NCBI RefSeq assembly: GCF_006345805.1
Contig: NW_021835723.1
Span: forward strand, 1 to 39,122
DNA length: 39,122 bases
Direction: 5' to 3'
From: Octopus sinensis
Taxonomy: Eukaryota
Shown here: positions 25,614 to 37,500 of the stretch, piece by piece
Numbering within the stretch: the stretch's first letter is position 1
Layout: the number at the start of each line of letters is the position of its first letter
Program-made: the position numbers and the translations under genes
The notes under the pieces: generated by a model
What the model was told of the DNA's origin: nothing
The model's database searches: none
Seen by the model: only the letters and a program-made list of their open reading frames with translations

Positions 25614-26093
25614 CGACGTTTTTTTTTTTTTTTATAAACTCCATTATCGAAATCGTGTTGCGTCTTGAGGCATTTCTCTCTTGTCATACCCTAAAAGCTG
25701 CACGCAAATCGTAAGTCTTATTAAGTGGAGAAAGAAAAGGAAAAATTGAAGAATTTGATGCGTTTGTTAAGATTTCAACTGCGAAAATGGATGACAAATC
25801 GAAAGCAGGTTTGCCAGCTCGAATTGCCAATGGCTCATATTTTGGTTTTCGCTCTTCTTATAGTTTCATCTTACTCTCCGTTCGTTGATTCTTATAATTG
25901 GTTGTTTCTTTCGTCCAGGCAACAAAGTTTGTATTGCTTATCGTGGAATAAAGTGGTGGTGTTATTTCTGCCATTTGTTTTCCAGTTGCTTTGCCACAAG
26001 TATGCCCTCAGAAAAAAAAAACAATACCTAATAACAAAGTTATTCCAACCGTAATCATACGGCCACCATTTTAAAACTTTGAAAATGCTTCTA

Positions 26094-26372
26094 GGCGCTG
26101 GCGTGGGAGCGAGGCAAGCAGTTGGTTTCTCAACCACATGGATCTGATCTCAGTCCCATAGCATGGCACCTTGGGCAACGATGTCTTGTTATAGCTATGT
26201 TCTGAAAATAAAATTCTTCAGATTGAAATTGGTACAGGGGAAATGTCACACCTAGGAAATGAAAAACCGATTCTTATAGTTAAATTAAATGAGAAGGAAC
26301 GAGAATAAAACACGACACACAACACAATGTCAAATCCAAGGTAGAAGAATTTATATGTATTTGCGTATGTAT

Positions 26373-26414
<42 letters not shown>

Positions 26415-26760
26415 ATATAGTATATATATATATACATATACACATATAAATATACATACATACATGTATATATAGAGAGAGGTGTGTGTGTATGTGTGTG
26501 CGTGTGTGTGTTTTGTGTGTGTGCGTGTGTAAAACTTTGTTTGTGTTGTTCACCACCACCACCACCACCACCACTTTTGGTATGTTTACGTCCCTGTGAC
26601 ATAGTGGTTCGGCAAAATAGATCCATTAGAATAAGTATCACATTATAAAAAATTAACAGTTCTACTGCCGATAAGTATCATTAAATATTTTTAGTTTTGT
26701 GCTCCAGCATGACCACAGTCCAATGATTGAAGCAAGTAAAGGATAAATAAGTGAAAGAAT
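26094..26760 (+). mobile_element. Family B SINE head (26094-26200) and tail (26576-26760) separated by unique and microsatellite sequence
   Basis: caaccacatgg...cagtcccatagcatggcaccttgggcaa and tgtttacgtccc...ggttcggcaaaa...gtgctccagcatgacc. Confidence 0.65.
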
Positions 26761-26807
26761 GACATTATTTTCCATGAACTATTTGCAATTAGACACATGT
26801 AAATATT

Positions 26808-27251
26808 GCTTCCAAAATTTGGCACTAGGCCAGCAACTTCAGGGCAGTGGGTAAGTCAATCACATCAAACCCAGTACTTAACTGGTAATGAATATTTTTC
26901 GACCCCGAAAGGATAAAATGCAAAGTCGACGTCAGCAGAATTTGAACTCAGAACTTAAAGACGGACAAAATGACGCTAAGCATTTTGCCCAGCGTGCTAA
27001 CGTTTCTGCCAAATCCACGCCTTTTATTTCTTAAGTACTAGTTTCAAATTTTTGCGCAAGCCCAGCAGTTTTGGGTGGGGAATTAATCGATTACATTGAC
27101 CCCAGTAGTGAACAAGTGTTTATTTAATAGACCCCTAATTGGATGAAAGGGAAAATCGACATAGAATAATTTGAACTCAGGATTTAAAGACGGACGAAAT
27201 ACCACTGAACATTTTGACCGGCTTGCAAACGATTCAGCTAGTTTGCCGCCT
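26808..27251 (-). mobile_element. Two tandem family C SINE monomers (about 26808-27022 and 27040-27251)
   Basis: caaattt...gacccc...ggat(g/a)aa...aatttgaactcag...aaagacggac...gcc occurs twice. Confidence 0.8.
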
Positions 27252-27267
27252 TATGAGGAGGACTTTA

Positions 27268-27640
27268 CCTTTTCCTTTCTAATGTAGGCATAGGGCCTGA
27301 AACTTTTGGAGAAGGAGCAAGTCAATTACATCGACCCCAGTACTCAATGGGTACGTAATTTACCGACCTCGAAAGGATGAAAGGCAAATTCGACGTCGGC
27401 GGAATTTGAACTCACATTTGAATTTACTACCCACAAGGGACTAAACACAGAGAGGACAAACAAGGACAGACAAACGGATTAAGTCGATTATATCGACCCC
27501 AGTGCGTGACTGGTACTTATTTAATCGACCCTGAAATGATGAAAGGCAAAGTCGACCTCGGGGGAATTTGAAACCCAGAACGTAGCGGCAGGCGAAATAC
27601 CGCTAAGAATTACGCCCGGATTCTGCCAGCTCACCGCATT
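27268..27640 (-). mobile_element. Dimeric family C SINE with 12 bp TSD
   Basis: AGGAGGACTTTA at 27256-27267 and 27641-27652 brackets both monomers. Same left/right tail order as 1932-2307. Confidence 0.85.
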
Positions 27641-28171
27641 AGGAGGACTTTAAATATTGACCGTGGTTTTAGCTACTATTTCCAGTAGCTCAACTGGCTC
27701 CATAGTACCCTGCTGTCGTTGGCACACTAACTAGTTAGTAATCGGAAGTTAAACCATGTTATAAAGGGTGTAATGCCATGTTTTATAAATGAGACGTTTA
27801 ATGACTGTCATTAACGCTGTGAGGGAATGAGTTGGAGGAAATCGTTGGCAGATAACAGAACTTCAATGCTGGGAAGTTTTTTGTCTCTGATTCAGCCTTT
27901 TCAACGAATGACATGACTAAAGAAATATATTAATGAGAATATTAAAAAAAAATACGATTTTATTCACGCTTGCTGTTGAAATACACATTATAGACGATCT
28001 TCTAACACAGATTTCCCATTGAAGGTCGCGTCGTGTATTATCCTCATCCATTCTCTCAACAGTTAGATTCCCTCTACTAGATTTGACAAACGTTCGCATT
28101 TTTGGTCGTTCTTAGTGAGAGAAGCAGCACTGTTTTTGAATAGTATTCTCTATACGTCACTTTACATGAAA

Positions 28172-28730
28172 GTACTGTAGAAAGCCAAAAGACCGCGGTA
28201 TTCCTCATGTGAAAGTTTCTCTTATAGACGCACAATGTTTAAAAACACATAAATACATCAGTAGCAGAAGAAAGGCGTTCGGCAATGTAGCACAGGACAT
28301 AATCCCCATGAAAGGGATTATCGAATTAAGGGAAATGTTATAGAGAAGCACAGATGTACTGTAGAAAGCCAGAAGACTGCGGCATTCGTCTTGTGAAAGT
28401 TTCTCTTATAGACGCGCAATGTTTAAAAACACATGAATACATCAGTAGCAGAAGAAAGGCGTTCAGCAATGTAGCACAGGACATAATCCTCATTAAAGAG
28501 ATTATCGAATTAAGGGAAACGTTATAAAGAAGCACAGATGTACTGTAGAAAGCCAGACGACTGCGGCAATCGCCTTGTGAAAGTTTATCTTATAGACGTG
28601 CAATGTTTAAAAACACATAAATAGATCAGTAGCAGACGAAAGGCGTTTAGCAATGTAGCACAAAATATAACTATAAGTAGTGACACAAAGGGATTATCGA
28701 ATTAAGGGAAATGTTGTAGGGAAGCACAAG
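28172..28730. repeat. Tandem repeat, 3 copies of a 184 bp unit
   Basis: GTACTGTAGAAAGCC starts at 28172, 28356 and 28540. The third copy has a small insertion near its end. Confidence 0.95.
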
Positions 28731-29408
28731 TCGAATGCAATGAGTAATTGATCAAAATTACTGGACGATCGTTCCCAAAGACCGTGGCTGCTGTATTAAA
28801 TTCATTTTCAATTCATCGGATAGAAAGCCGACGAAGCCCACTTAGTCTTTCGCTCTTCCTGGATTAGTAAAATAATTGTCATGTACAAGGATGTAATATA
28901 ATAAATTATTGCCTCCAAATTATTGGTGCTTCTGTAATTTTTGGAAAATAACATTTTCAGAACATATCTGACCTTTGTATCGCTAGTCTTGTGTTTCAGA
29001 CAGTAACTCTGAAATTCAAGGAAAAAGAAACATGTGTAAACATGTATATATATTATATATAGAATATATATATTAAATATATATATATATATATATATCT
29101 ATATATATATATATATATAATATATATACATGCGCGTGTGTGTGTGTCAACTATCTATCTCATATGTATTATTACATGTGTATATATATATATATATATA
29201 TATTATGTGAATAGAAAGATGAATATCTTGTAGTAGATTAATCAAAAGATTAACCGATACCTAGTAGCAAAATCACAGCAGTAAACAGCACGGTTGGAGG
29301 TACAACCATATGGTGTTGCAACCGTGCGTTGGTGCGGTAATTGAAATTAAAACATTATTGGTGAATTGAAGAAATGGAGCTGAACGCAGATTGAACAGAA
29401 ATCGTTTA

Positions 29409-29497
29409 CTTCATTCTACACGTGTTTCGAAAGCACAAATTACCAAAATCCGATTGAATAATGGGACCATATTGTGTCTTTCTCTTCAGGAAGAAAA
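29409..29497 (-). ncRNA. Type I hammerhead ribozyme motif (Penelope/retrozyme-like) with extended stem II
   Basis: Minus strand: stem I TTTCTTC, core CTGAAGA, stem II GAAAG(A)CACAA...TTGTGCTTTC, GAA, palindromic stem III ACACGTGT, cleavage-site A (GUA, position 29417), stem I' GAA(T)GAAG. Confidence 0.75.
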
Positions 29498-29627
29498 TAG
29501 GAAATCCGTTGGAAAAACAAAACAGAACCGAGGCGGAGCAAAAACAAATCGAACTATGTCCTAAGAGCCCATGGCGAAAACTGTTTATCAGTGTATGTTG
29601 AGAACCGTATATATATGTATATACATT

Positions 29628-29672
<45 letters not shown>

Positions 29673-29685
29673 ATGCATATATATG

Positions 29686-29760
29686 CACTGTATCTAACAG
29701 AAGTGTGTACACCCCTTAAAATTCCCGTAAAATTGTCATTACTCTAATATCGAACGAAAT
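29686..29760 (+). mobile_element. Possible Tc1/mariner terminal inverted repeat remnant
   Basis: CACTGTATCTAACAGAAGTGTGTACACCCC resembles Tc1-type termini (CAGT...AAAAGTGAGTACACCCC, from memory). No partner TIR seen. Confidence 0.4.
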
Positions 29761-29864
29761 CAAAAGTAATTTATTCTGAATAAAATATATTATACATAAT
29801 ATTTAATACATATATACATAAAGTATAACATCGAAAATACAATACACCAAAAAAGGTCAGCAAT

Positions 29865-29980
29865 GTGTGGTGGGGACAAACGCACACAAACACACTTGCG
29901 TAAGGTGACACACGGTGGTATTGAACCCGACGCCATATGGTTGGGAAGTAAACTTCTCACCAAGCAGTCATACCTGCACC
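29865..29980 (-). mobile_element. Deleted, diverged family B SINE fragment
   Basis: ggggacaaacgcac...ttgaacccgacgccatatggttgggaagtaaacttctcacc. Confidence 0.6.
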
Positions 29981-30054
29981 TCTATATATCTCTCTGTATT
30001 TTCCTCTCCTGTCTCTCTCTCTCTCTCTCTTTCTCTTTCTCTCTTTATATATAT

Positions 30055-30092
<38 letters not shown>

Positions 30093-30274
30093 AGTAGATA
30101 AATGGTACAAGGCACCAATATATACTGGAAAATAGCAATCGATATAAATACGACGCTATTGTATAGCTTCACTGCGTATATACTAGCAAAGACACGTGTG
30201 TTCAGCAAACATGTAAAACAATTTGTCTTACCTCTAGGAAGAATATTAGATAAATGGACAACTTAGAATCAGAT

Positions 30275-30347
30275 AATGCAGGACCGGTTTCTAACTCTTC
30301 AAATACGTTTGACAACGTAAATTTGATTAGTCTTCATCAGCTGCATT
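30275..30347 (-). ncRNA. Type I hammerhead ribozyme motif with perfect 7 bp stem I and extended stem II
   Basis: Minus strand: AATGCAG, CTGATGA, [A GACT AA TCAAA TT TACGTT gtca AACGTA TTTGA AG AGTT A], GAA, ACCGGT, C (GUC, position 30282), CTGCATT. The first stem II pair is an A-A mismatch. Confidence 0.8.
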
Positions 30348-30374
30348 TACCTAGACAAAATTTATATATAAAAT

Positions 30375-30478
30375 GCACTCAAACAGCTTTGGTCAGCCTG
30401 AGGTTATACTTGAAAACACTTAGCCTGTAGGACTGGACGGGGAACCATCTTCTTACCACACAGCCACATCTGCACCCA
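30375..30478 (-). mobile_element. Family B SINE head fragment
   Basis: gctttggtcagcctgagg...aacactt...ggaaccat...cttaccacacagccac. Confidence 0.6.
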
Positions 30479-30980
30479 TAATGTAGAGAAAACATTCTTG
30501 AATTATAATTTTACTTTTCACGAAGCAAAAATAACCATGAATATATTGTAAAAGACGATATATAGTTAATATACAATACAAAGAAATACTGCGATAAGAA
30601 CCATTTGAAATTCTACAGCTTACCATGAAACCTTTCACCGCTAGTATTTGAGTTGCGAAAACTAGAGTTGGAATACTTGTTATCAAACGTATATAACGTA
30701 ATGGATGTATTTGTCTGGTATTTTATTAATTGCTTCCGAAACAGAATCAAAATGGGTCTACTTGTTTGGTATTTTATTATCTCTTTCTGAAATAGTGTTT
30801 CATATAGAATTTTCTCTTCACGTTTCTATAATTTCCTTCCTTTCCAAGATTTTGCTACAGTAATCGAAAGTAATGTTGTGTGGATTGCAATATAATGATT
30901 ATTGATGAGAGTATATATATACATACATACATATATGCATATATAAACATATATATATACCTATATAGATATATATATAC

Positions 30981-31027
<47 letters not shown>

Positions 31028-31825
31028 TATATATATATATACATATATATAGACATGTATATATAAATAGAGATATTGTACAATATATATACATACATAC
31101 ATACATGCATACATACATACATACATACATACATACACACGCGCATATATTGTACAATGTATGATACTTTTCAGGATTTAAAAGATTTAGGTATTTAAAT
31201 AGTGAAAGCATCAATGTAGAGACAGGTATAACATACTTCTGCACCGACAATATACACTGGATATACGGATGTGTCCTTCCAGTTTTGCATACATTCTGAC
31301 TGAATACACTTATCAGCCAAGCCACCCAGGGCTACATTCACTGACAGCATTCCACTGTCGACTAAAGACAGCAGAACCAAATGTATGGAAAGTTCCGATT
31401 TATGTGAAAAATAAAGTATGTCACAGATGTGTTACTGTTCTCTACAGTTGTTTCAGACGTGTTGTTTATTGATGAACAAAGGTGTTGCATCGTAGGAAAA
31501 AAAAAACCTTTTCATCAGGTGAATGGAGTTGAAAATTAACAATAAGAACGCCTTACAAAACAGAGCATAGTGTCAAATGACTAATCCGACCTAGTTTAAA
31601 CCACTCAGTCTCCTGTCGAAATAAGATCGGTTGAGTTATCTGGCACTATGATCTGTGTTGTGAGGTGATCTAACTGTAAATTCTAAATTGAATTCACTAG
31701 GTGAAATCGTGATTTTTTTTAATAGTGTAACAGTTTTCTTCATCTATGAAGAACACGTCTGATACAGCTGGAGTGAATTACAATATACCTGTATTATTAC
31801 AAAAAAAAGGAAACAGAAAGAAAGA

Positions 31826-31966
31826 AGGCGGCAAGGTGGTAGAATCGGTGGCGTGCCGCACGAAATGCTTAGCGGTATTTCACCCGTCGCTACATTTACA
31901 GTTCAAATTCCGTCGAGGTCGACTTCAGCTTTTTCCTTTCGGGGTCGATAAAATAGGTTCCAGTTG
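31826..31966 (+). mobile_element. Family C SINE, 3'-truncated
   Basis: aaggcggcaaggtggtagaatcg...cgaaatgcttagcggtatttc...gttcaaattcc...cctttcggggtcgataaaata. Confidence 0.8.
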
Positions 31967-32047
31967 AACCTATAGTGCCAGATCTTGTGATCGTGCGTGC
32001 AACTCCCTAAAACATTAAGCCATATGATTTCGCATAATATAATATTT

Positions 32048-32255
32048 TTTACTACAGGCACAAGGCTTAACATTTGAGGATGTGGGTGAGGTTTTTTTTA
32101 ATTTCATTGACCCCAGTACTTGACTGGTATGTATTCTATCGACGTTGAAAACATGGCAGACGAATTAGACCTCGCCGGACATTGAACTCAGAAAGTAAAG
32201 CCAGAAGAAATAGGGAGAAGCATTTTGTCTGACTTGCTAAAATACTGCCAGCCCG
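32048..32255 (-). mobile_element. Diverged family C SINE, tail-to-tail with 31826-31966
   Basis: aggcacaagg...gaccccagtacttgactggta...gacctcgccgga...ttgaactcagaa...ctgccagc. Confidence 0.7.
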
Positions 32256-32928
32256 TTGTCTGAACCCGAAGAAAATATGAACCTTCGTAGCTGAAAATTT
32301 AAGAAACTCTTTTATGAAACATTCAGTTGGTCGTGCGCATTGGTTCACTGCAATGCCTATGGTGGAGTCACTGATTCTGAAATGCATGTATAAGGAATTC
32401 TTGACCTTGTTATGTATACTGGGGTGATATATACGTGATATGTTTTATTTCTATATTCATTCCGAAGTATGAGGTGATGTTTCGGTCTGAATACGTATGT
32501 GTGATTGAATGCATGAATAAATGTATGGAGGTATGTATATATTTATGTCGCGTTTGTGTGTATACGTATCTCGTGTTTTAGACGCAAGAATCGTCGGAGC
32601 GTAAGAAAAATATAAAAAAAAAACAACTGTCCCTTTTGTATTTAGTTATGTCCCTTGACGTCTGAATTTATAATCCTACCACGCCACTTTGCCATTCCTT
32701 CACTGCGTTCAATGAATCTTATAAGAGAACAAATTAACAAGATCGATATGAATCAGCTGAGCCCATAAAATCGATACTACAGTATGGCCGCCTTTCAAAG
32801 ATTAAAACTAGTTACAAATATAGAAGTTTATATGTATGCATGTATGTATATATGTATGTGTATGTATGTATGTATGTATGTATGTATGTATGTATGTAGC
32901 TAGGTATGTATGTATGTATGTATGTATG

Positions 32929-33006
<78 letters not shown>

Positions 33007-35014
33007 CATAGATACGTACATGCACACTCACACAAACATATTCATAGCAAACGCTCATACAAACACACACACGCACATATATGCATGTATTTATATTTTA
33101 TATATATATATGGCAATATTTTTTTTGTCTCGGATACTAACGACAAACATTACTTTCAATAAGTTGGTGCAAGATCTAAGCAATGAAATGAAATAAAATA
33201 AAATGAAAAAGTCAGACATAGAATAACATTTTACGCACTTAGGATTGGATAGAAGGCCGAACCAATGAAAAACCATCTACGCGGTTGGTCGACCGCCTAG
33301 AAATAATATCCCACATGTCTCACTAACCAAACTCAGATGTTTCTTTATTTAAAAAAAAACGTGGACGTATGTAGATTATGTGTGGAAAAATTAGATTGGG
33401 CAGTGAGGCCTGAAGTCCTTTGATCATCGATCTGTTGTCTGAAAGAAGACCCGAGTTTAAACATCAGCAATTATGGATAATTTAATAGAACCACTTTTTC
33501 CCGTATCCTCTCGTTCTCCAGTTACCAGAACTAACAAGAAATACATTCCCACAGGACACGTTAACTTCTAAAGAAGGATACATTGTGTAATTAATTCTTG
33601 TATGACTTATGCCTAAATAACTCAGTGGTGGTGGTCATGAATGCAACGCTTTGATGTAATGGTGGTCATAAATGTAATGATATGTTTGTTTGATTGTGAC
33701 TATCTCGGAAGCGAAACTAGCCACACGGTAACGAGTGACAGAATGAGAGTCAGCGCCATCTTTTGACGGCCAAATCGTTCTCTAACTTTCAAAACAAAAA
33801 ATCTGTCGGCGTGTTTAAAAATATATATCCTGGCATACAAATCATGTATATCGTCGTGGCTGGAACGCTTTTGAATTTAGTCCTGCCCGACTGGGTGTTA
33901 TCAGAGGCTTAGCATCGATAACGATATAAAGGACATAGAACGATAACGAATCTTCGGATTTCTTAAGACAAGTAAATGAGTTATATTCTCCGATACTTAT
34001 AAGTTTTTCTTCCACCAAATCGAATGTCAAAGATTCATTAAGGCGATGACGACAAAGTGTCGAACGTCTGACAATTAATTGTTTCAACTGGTACTAATAG
34101 AAATTTGTAGCAATGTTATGTTGTTTCAAAATAACACTTTATGGAAACCCAATAAAAGTATATAATAAAACTTATGAAGCTCAATAAATGCTATTTGTTT
34201 TTCTCTTCCGTTACGTTCTCTTAAACTGAATTTATTCACGATGTTTATATAATAAAATAAAGCAAAGAATCAAACTGATAAAAGAAAAACAAACATGGCG
34301 GAAATGCTATGCGCTCTTGTTCAACTATCGTTAATTTTATCGGCCATTGTTATTTTTGTTACCTTCATTATTAAGTAGCGTTGTTTTTGTTGTTGTTGCT
34401 GTCGTCGCGTGTGTAATGATTAGTGGTTCTTTACTTTATGTATACGTCAGCTTGTATGTTTGTTCCATCGTTGTTTTTGCTTCTATCGATATGTTTTCTT
34501 TTTCTTTCTCTTCTGGCCGTTGTTCTTGTTTTAGTAGCTGTACGTCATTAGTTTCGTGTTATCGCTTATGTTTCTTCTTTCGTTTTTTTTCTTCTTTACA
34601 CAGTATTTTGTTCATTTCGTTGTTCTTATAATGTATATATTGTAGTTCTTCTCGGTATTAGTTAAATAACTGCTGTTCCGTTTGTTCTTCTTTGTTATTT
34701 CACATTTTAAATTTTATTCTGGTGTTCTTTTCTTGTATTTTAAATTACACATTGTTACAGTTATTGCCGCAACTGTTTATGTTAGTTCTATGTATGTTGT
34801 GTTTGTTGTTGTTGTTGTTACTCAACGTTGTGTGCAGTTGTACTGCAAACAGTTTCATTGTATTTTTGTTTTGTATATGATTTTTCTTTTTACCGGCGTT
34901 TTATTTCCTTATTCACAATATTATTATTGTTGCTATTTATCGCTGTGATTTGTTATATTAAATCATTTCGGGTCGTTCTTTATTTTCAATGCCAATATTA
35001 TCACAAGTAGTCGT

Positions 35015-35016
35015 AC

Positions 35017-35047
<31 letters not shown>

Positions 35048-35296
35048 TGTAGTAATAGTAGTAGTAGTAGAAGTGTTACTATTATTATTGCTCTTATTAT
35101 TATTATTATTATTACTATTATTATTAGTATTATTATAATTATTATTATTATTATAGTAGTAGTAGTAGTAGTAGCAGTAGTAGTAGTAGTAGTAATAGTA
35201 GTAGAAGTGTTATTATTATTATTGCTCTTATTATTGTTGTTGTTATTATTATTAAGATTATTATCATTATTATTATTATTATTATTATTATTGTTA

Positions 35297-35338
<42 letters not shown>

Positions 35339-35341
35339 GCC

Positions 35342-35375
<34 letters not shown>

Positions 35376-35420
35376 CAGTAATATTGCATAGTAATTGTTG
35401 CTGTTGGTATCACTGCTGCT
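35015..35420. repeat. Compound (TAG)n/(TTA)n microsatellite with a duplicated junction
   Basis: The junction AAGTGTTA...ATTGCTCTTATTATT occurs at 35071 and 35205. Confidence 0.9.
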
Positions 35421-35710
35421 GTTGCTGTTCTAGCAGTTCTTGGTTTAATTATTTTTTTCCGCTATACTCTGCCTAAACTGACATTTTTAAATATACGATG
35501 CGAGAAAACACATTAACTTTTTTCGCCATATTTGTGTTATTTGCACATATAGTTACATACAGGCATACTTAAACAGACGAACAGAGAGAGTTTAGATAGA
35601 TAGATAAATAGATATATATATATAGAGAGAGAGAGATTGAGACCTGCATATATGTTATTGTACTTAGGCATTATGAAAAGTGCATATATATATATATATA
35701 TATATCTATC

Positions 35711-35757
<47 letters not shown>

Positions 35758-37169
35758 GTATATATATGTATTTATATGTATACATGTATATTAGATATAT
35801 AGGCATATATATGTAATATATATTATATATATACATGTATACATACATATACATATGCATATGTGTGTGTCTCTCTGTGTGTATATTGATATATATATAT
35901 ATATATATATAATATATATACATGCATACAGAAATACATACATGCATACATACATATAATCGTAGACTCACACATGTAGGCGTGTAGGCGTTATTTGATT
36001 TCTCTGGCTCGATTTAGGAAACAACATTTCATAGAGGTCGACACAATACAGCACAGACGTTTCATAAAATTCACATCAAGCGCCGAATCAGTGCAACTTG
36101 GACAAATTTCTGCTATTCCACCTTTCAACTACACCAAAATAACGTCAAATCAATAAGCTAACATTTTAACATACATCGAACTCAAATTGTCCAAGAGGTC
36201 ACTTGACTCTAGTAATAAAAATAAATCTCCTTAGATTTATTAGCGAAAATATTGGCTGTAATATGGCGGAAATGTTTGCTAATAAGTCCATTGTAAAAAC
36301 AAATAAACAAAAAAAAAAAGAAAGTACTAAATGACTTACTATAAAGAGATTTCAGGGTCTCGAGAGTTTTCTGATAATGACAGAATAACCGTTTAATTTT
36401 ATTCGTAAATTCGTTTTCAGGATTAGCCTCTTCTCAGAGGTTAACGTGAAAATATGTACAAGATTAAATGAATGTTCGCACAGTTATTGCTGAATAAATC
36501 TTGAAATAAAGTCTATTTAGGCATATACAGGTATTCCTAAGTTACGCATACAGATGTATATGCATGCATGCATATATATAATATATATATATATATATAA
36601 TTATATATATATATAATATATATGTATGTATAATACATATACATACGTAATACATACACAGACACACACACACATATATATATATGAATATATGCATCTC
36701 TTTCTCTATACATACAGATACACACACACACACACACACACCACACATATATAATATATATATATATATATATAATTATTATTTTTGAGGAAATATAAAT
36801 CCAAACTTACAGGGAAAAAATTCAATTTAGAAATACTAAATCAAATTTCACACTATATAATATATATATAAAAAATTAGAAAACAAAAACACCTTTTATC
36901 AATTCAAAATGAACAATTAAATTACACTAGAAAATTACATTTAATAGAAGTATTAAAATTAAAATAACAATAAAATATCAATGATTATTAAATTGCAAAA
37001 TAAAAAAAATAATACAAACGTATATAAGTGGTAGATTATATAACACGTAAACAATTGGTTATTCTACCAATTATATACGTTTTTACTACATGTGTTCGCC
37101 GGTATCTCCTCAACAATTTCTTTAGCGAATGTTATCGCTGTATGATAGGAAGTTTATCAGACATAAGAC

Positions 37170-37500
37170 ACCCGTCGGTCGCGGATGACCATGGGATTGC
37201 ACCAAGAAAGTTCCCACCTGAGGCACAAGTCCGGGCAAATTTGTTTATGGAAGACCAGCTGTTACTCATGTATACCAGCCACCCTTCTCCAAGCCACCGA
37301 TGTTATTCAAGGGAAATGCAAAAGCCAATGAAGCTTGCCACTAGCGACGCCGCAACTCATTTCCACAGCTGAATGAACAATAGCAACGTGAAATAAAGTG
37401 TTTTTCTGAAGAACACAACATGCAGCCCGGTCCGGAATTCTAACTCACTACCTCATGATAATGAGCCCGATGCACGAACCACTGAACCACGCGCATTCAA
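37170..37500 (-). mobile_element. tRNA-derived SINE with family D-like head and a different tail (family E)
   Basis: 37365-37500 matches 6488-6620 (gcaacgtgaaat...aagaacacaac...gcccggtcc...aaccact...ccacgcg). 37170-37360 does not match the family D tail. Confidence 0.65.

Noticed and set aside
25830-25925. MAHILVFALLIVSSYSPFVDSYNWLFLSSR resembles a signal peptide plus a Wnt4-like NWL(Y/F)L start
   Set aside because: No convincing splice donor, no downstream Wnt cysteine-pattern exons in the window, and T-rich DNA explains the hydrophobicity.
28172-28730. Regularly spaced repeats suggestive of a CRISPR array
   Set aside because: The whole 184 bp unit is repeated with no unique spacers, in a eukaryotic context without cas genes.
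31176-31226. Possible small plus-strand exon (ttttcag|GATTTAAA...ACAG|gtataa)
   Set aside because: Weak splice signals and no recognisable peptide; expected by chance in AT-rich DNA.
31490-31525. Minus-strand CTGATGA followed by a small stem
   Set aside because: No GAAA or stem III follows.
36053-36085. Minus-strand TTGATGT...GAAACGTC hammerhead-like string
   Set aside because: Two core mismatches and no stem I.
37080-37167. Possible further minus-strand hammerhead (CTGATAA...GAACACATGTA) in a TA-flanked module
   Set aside because: Two core positions deviate and stem I is poor, so it is not supportable without a family consensus.
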